The position numbers were made by a program, and so were the translations under genes. DNA of 64,000 nt from Polyangiaceae bacterium (GTDB lineage Bacteria; Myxococcota_A; Polyangia; Polyangiales; Polyangiaceae). The DNA lies in the NCBI GenBank assembly GCA_044222475.1, contig JBGANF010000004.1, positions 1 to 64,000 on the forward strand, written 5' to 3'. The notes below the pieces were generated by a model, which did not search any database, was not told where the DNA came from, and saw nothing but the letters and a program-made list of their open reading frames with translations. This document shows positions 61,357-64,000 of the stretch, one piece after another; within the stretch, counting starts at the first letter, position 1, and the number at the start of each line of letters is the position of its first letter.

Positions 61357-62781
61357 GTGAAGCTCGTCTCCAAGTTTGCGTTCGCCATCTTCGTCGCGAC
61401 GGCCGCGGTCATCGCGCTGTTCTCGTACCTGTCGATTCGGCGACAGGTCGCGCGGATCGAAGAGAGCGTCTCGGTCGACCTCGAGAGCCTCGGCGGCGGT
61501 CTCCGCGCGGCAATCGTCGCTTCGTGGACGGCGGAGGGCGAAGGCGAGGCGCTGCGCATCGTGGACGCCGCGCGGTCGCACCGGAGCGACGTCGACATCC
61601 AGTGGGTGTCGGGCGTCCCTTCGAGCCTCGAGGACCGCGTCGAAGAGCGCCGGAACGACGGTGAACGCAGGGTGGTGGTCTCCCTCCCCGTCCGAGTCGA
61701 CGCGACCCGAGGAGGAACGCTGACCCTCTCGCGGAGCGTTCCCACCACGGGCACGATCCTGCGAAACGAGCTCGGGAGCGAGGTCGGCTTCGCGCTCGTG
61801 CTCGCCCTCGTCGTCGGCGCGATCGCCGCCTCGCTCGGAGCGCTGCTCATCGGCGGACCGCTCGGGAGAATCGTGGCGCAGGCGCGTCGAGTCGGCGCTG
61901 GTGACCTCTCGCAGAGGCTCCGCTCCGACTCGAAGGACGAGATCGGCGACCTCAAGCGCGAGCTCAACGCGATGTGCGATCAGCTCGCCTCGGCGCGGCA
62001 GAAGCTGTCGGAGGAGGAGGCGGCCCGTCTGGAGACGCTCGAGCAGCTCCGCCACCTCGACCGGCTGCGCAGCGTGGGGACGATGGCGTCCTCGATCGCT
62101 CACGAGCTCGGAACGCCGCTCAACGTGCTCCTGTTGCGGGGGCAGTCACTCGTCGCCGGAGAGACCGAGCCCGACGAGATCGAGGGCGCTGGCCGTACCA
62201 TCGTGGGACAGGTCGAGAAGATGAGCCGCATCGTCCGACAGATGCTCGACTTCGCGCGACCCAAGGACGAGACTCGGGAGAGGTTCTCGGCGAGCAAGAT
62301 CGTCGAGCATGCCGCCCACCTCCTCTCCGGGATCGCGAAGAAGAACGGGGTCGCGATCACGACGCAGTGCGACGCCGACGCGGAGGTCTTCGGCCATCCG
62401 AGCGAGATCGAGCAAGCCGTGACGAACCTGATGATGAACGCGATTCAAGCCATGCCGAAGGGCGGCGCGCTCACGCTCAAGGTGCGAACCGGCGAGGCCA
62501 CGCCCCCGAACCGGGCCTACCTGGGGACGGGAAGCGGGACCCAGCCCCGAGGCACCTTCTCGGCGGTCATGATCGACGTCCGCGACGACGGGATCGGCAT
62601 GTCCGCCGAGACGCTCGCCCGGATTTTCGAGCCATTCTATACGACGAAGCGCGGCGGGGGCGGCACGGGCCTCGGGCTCGGCGTCGCGTCGGGCATCGCG
62701 GAAGATCACGGCGGCTTCGTCACGGCCGAGAGTACGCTAGGTAAAGGCAGCACCTTCACGCTCACCCTACCCCGCCAATGA
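61357..62781 (+). CDS. Membrane HAMP sensor histidine kinase
   Basis: Two TMs, HAMP (GDLSQR...DEIGDL), AHELGTPLN, NAIQAM, DDGIG, PFYTT and GTGLGL. Confidence 0.92.
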   Translation: MKLVSKFAFAIFVATAAVIALFSYLSIRRQVARIEESVSVDLESLGGGLRAAIVASWTAEGEGEALRIVDAARSHRSDVDIQWVSGVPSSLEDRVEERRNDGERRVVVSLPVRVDATRGGTLTLSRSVPTTGTILRNELGSEVGFALVLALVVGAIAASLGALLIGGPLGRIVAQARRVGAGDLSQRLRSDSKDEIGDLKRELNAMCDQLASARQKLSEEEAARLETLEQLRHLDRLRSVGTMASSIAHELGTPLNVLLLRGQSLVAGETEPDEIEGAGRTIVGQVEKMSRIVRQMLDFARPKDETRERFSASKIVEHAAHLLSGIAKKNGVAITTQCDADAEVFGHPSEIEQAVTNLMMNAIQAMPKGGALTLKVRTGEATPPNRAYLGTGSGTQPRGTFSAVMIDVRDDGIGMSAETLARIFEPFYTTKRGGGGTGLGLGVASGIAEDHGGFVTAESTLGKGSTFTLTLPRQ

Positions 62782-64000
62782 ACCGTCCCCGTCCCATCCT
62801 CCTCGTCGACGACGACGCCGACATGTGTCGCGAGCTCGCGCGGGGGCTCACGAAGAGCGGGTTCGCCGTCGAGACGGCGCAGAGCGCCGACGAAGCGTAC
62901 GAAAAGCTCGAGCGCGTCGAGCTCGCCGCGGTCGTCACCGACCTCAACATGCGCGGCACGAGCGGGATCGAGCTCTGTCAGCGCATCGTGCAGAACCACC
63001 CCGCGGTGCCGGTCGTCGTGATGACGGCCTTCGGCACCCTCGAGACCGCCATTGCCACCCTGCGCGCCGGCGCGGTCGATCTCCTGACGAAGCCGTTCGA
63101 CAAGGAGCAGCTCGCACGCGTGCTCGAGCGTGTGATCCGCCTCCGCGAGCTCGAAGACGAGGTCCAACGGCTCCGGCGCGAGGTCGATCTCCAACGCCCC
63201 CTCGGCGACATCGTCGGCGAGAGCCCCGCCATCAAGCGCCTCCACGAGATGATCACGAGCGTCGCCACCACCGACGCGACCGTGCTCGTGACCGGAGAGA
63301 GTGGCACCGGCAAGGAGCTCGTGGCACGCGCGATTCATGCCCGCAGCAACCGCGCATCGGGCCCGCTCGTCGCGATCAACTGCGCCGCGATGCCGGAGGC
63401 GCTCCTCGAGAGCGAGCTCTTCGGTCACGCGAAGGGAGCCTTCACCGACGCGAAGACCGCCCGCCGCGGTCTCTTCCTCGAAGCCAACGGTGGAACGCTC
63501 TTCCTCGACGAGATCGGGGAGATGCCGCTGTCGATGCAGGCGCGCCTCCTTCGGGCGCTGGAAGAGCGACGCGTCCGGCCGGTCGGAGGCACGCAGGAGA
63601 TCCCGTTCGATACGCGGTTGGTCGCCGCGACGAACCGCGACCTCGAGGCCATGATCGAGGCGAAGACGTTTCGCGAGGACCTCTACTATCGCATCCACGT
63701 GGTCCACATCGAGGTGCCGCCGCTGCGCAGTCGCGGCACGGACGCCCTCGCGATCGCGCAGCACTTCGTGCAGAAGTTCGCCGAGCGGCACAAGAAGCCG
63801 GTGCGCGGCTTCTCGAAGGACGTCGCCGACAAGCTCCTCGCCTACGATTGGCCGGGCAACGTCCGGGAGCTCTCGAACACCATCGAGCGCGCGATCGCGC
63901 TCGCGCGCTTCGAAGAGATCCGCGTCGACGACCTCCCGCCGAAGATCCGCGACCACGCGCCGAGCGCCCTCGTCGTCGCGACCGAAGATCCCAACGATCT
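62778..64000 (+). CDS. Sigma-54-dependent response regulator (NtrC-type bEBP), truncated by the window end
   Basis: Manual translation: ILLVDDD, TDLNM, GESGTGKE, INCAA, ESELFGH.KGAFTDA, LFLDEIGE and WPGNVREL; ATGA overlap with the HK stop. Confidence 0.93.
   Translation, partial: MNRPRPILLVDDDADMCRELARGLTKSGFAVETAQSADEAYEKLERVELAAVVTDLNMRGTSGIELCQRIVQNHPAVPVVVMTAFGTLETAIATLRAGAVDLLTKPFDKEQLARVLERVIRLRELEDEVQRLRREVDLQRPLGDIVGESPAIKRLHEMITSVATTDATVLVTGESGTGKELVARAIHARSNRASGPLVAINCAAMPEALLESELFGHAKGAFTDAKTARRGLFLEANGGTLFLDEIGEMPLSMQARLLRALEERRVRPVGGTQEIPFDTRLVAATNRDLEAMIEAKTFREDLYYRIHVVHIEVPPLRSRGTDALAIAQHFVQKFAERHKKPVRGFSKDVADKLLAYDWPGNVRELSNTIERAIALARFEEIRVDDLPPKIRDHAPSALVVATEDPND

Overview
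High-GC, gene-dense bacterial window. The many Cys-rich and 'DAG'-rich lipoproteins, the sigma-54 two-component system and the PilT paralog point to a myxobacterium, probably Polyangiales-like (inference). Recognisable core genes are spoVR/yeaH, an S8 protease, lipA, mtnA, hbd/crt, an ArnT/GT39-like transferase, pilT, an acyl-CoA dehydrogenase, LysR, a DUF1549/1553-DUF1501 pair, a class III cyclase, an ABC-F (Uup-like) protein, a TolC-HlyD-ABC type I export operon and a divergent HK/NtrC-type pair. The main discovery is at 22548-27784: a radical SAM/SPASM enzyme resembling the PlpX/PcpX tyrosine-excising 'spliceases', next to 11 paralogous small genes (10 in tandem, 1 convergent). Six of the 11 are hidden inside longer ORF-track calls. 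Each encodes an N-terminal CxxC-x9/10-CP(F/H)C zinc ribbon, a basic plus hydrophobic signal ending in Cys, and a low-complexity tail with 1-3 XYG motifs; 23 of the 24 tyrosines in the family are in YG. This looks like a multi-precursor RiPP-lipoprotein ('spliceotide-lipoprotein') system. Also present are a RAYT-like HUH transposase with REP-like hairpins and hexamer tracts, a dispersed intergenic repeat, a long palindromic insert, an Asp/Asn-hydroxylase plus Cys-less AsnB operon, clear sigma-54 promoters and widespread leaderless-type -10 boxes. No rRNA, tRNA or CRISPR array was seen. All calls come from reading motifs by eye; no database searches were run.
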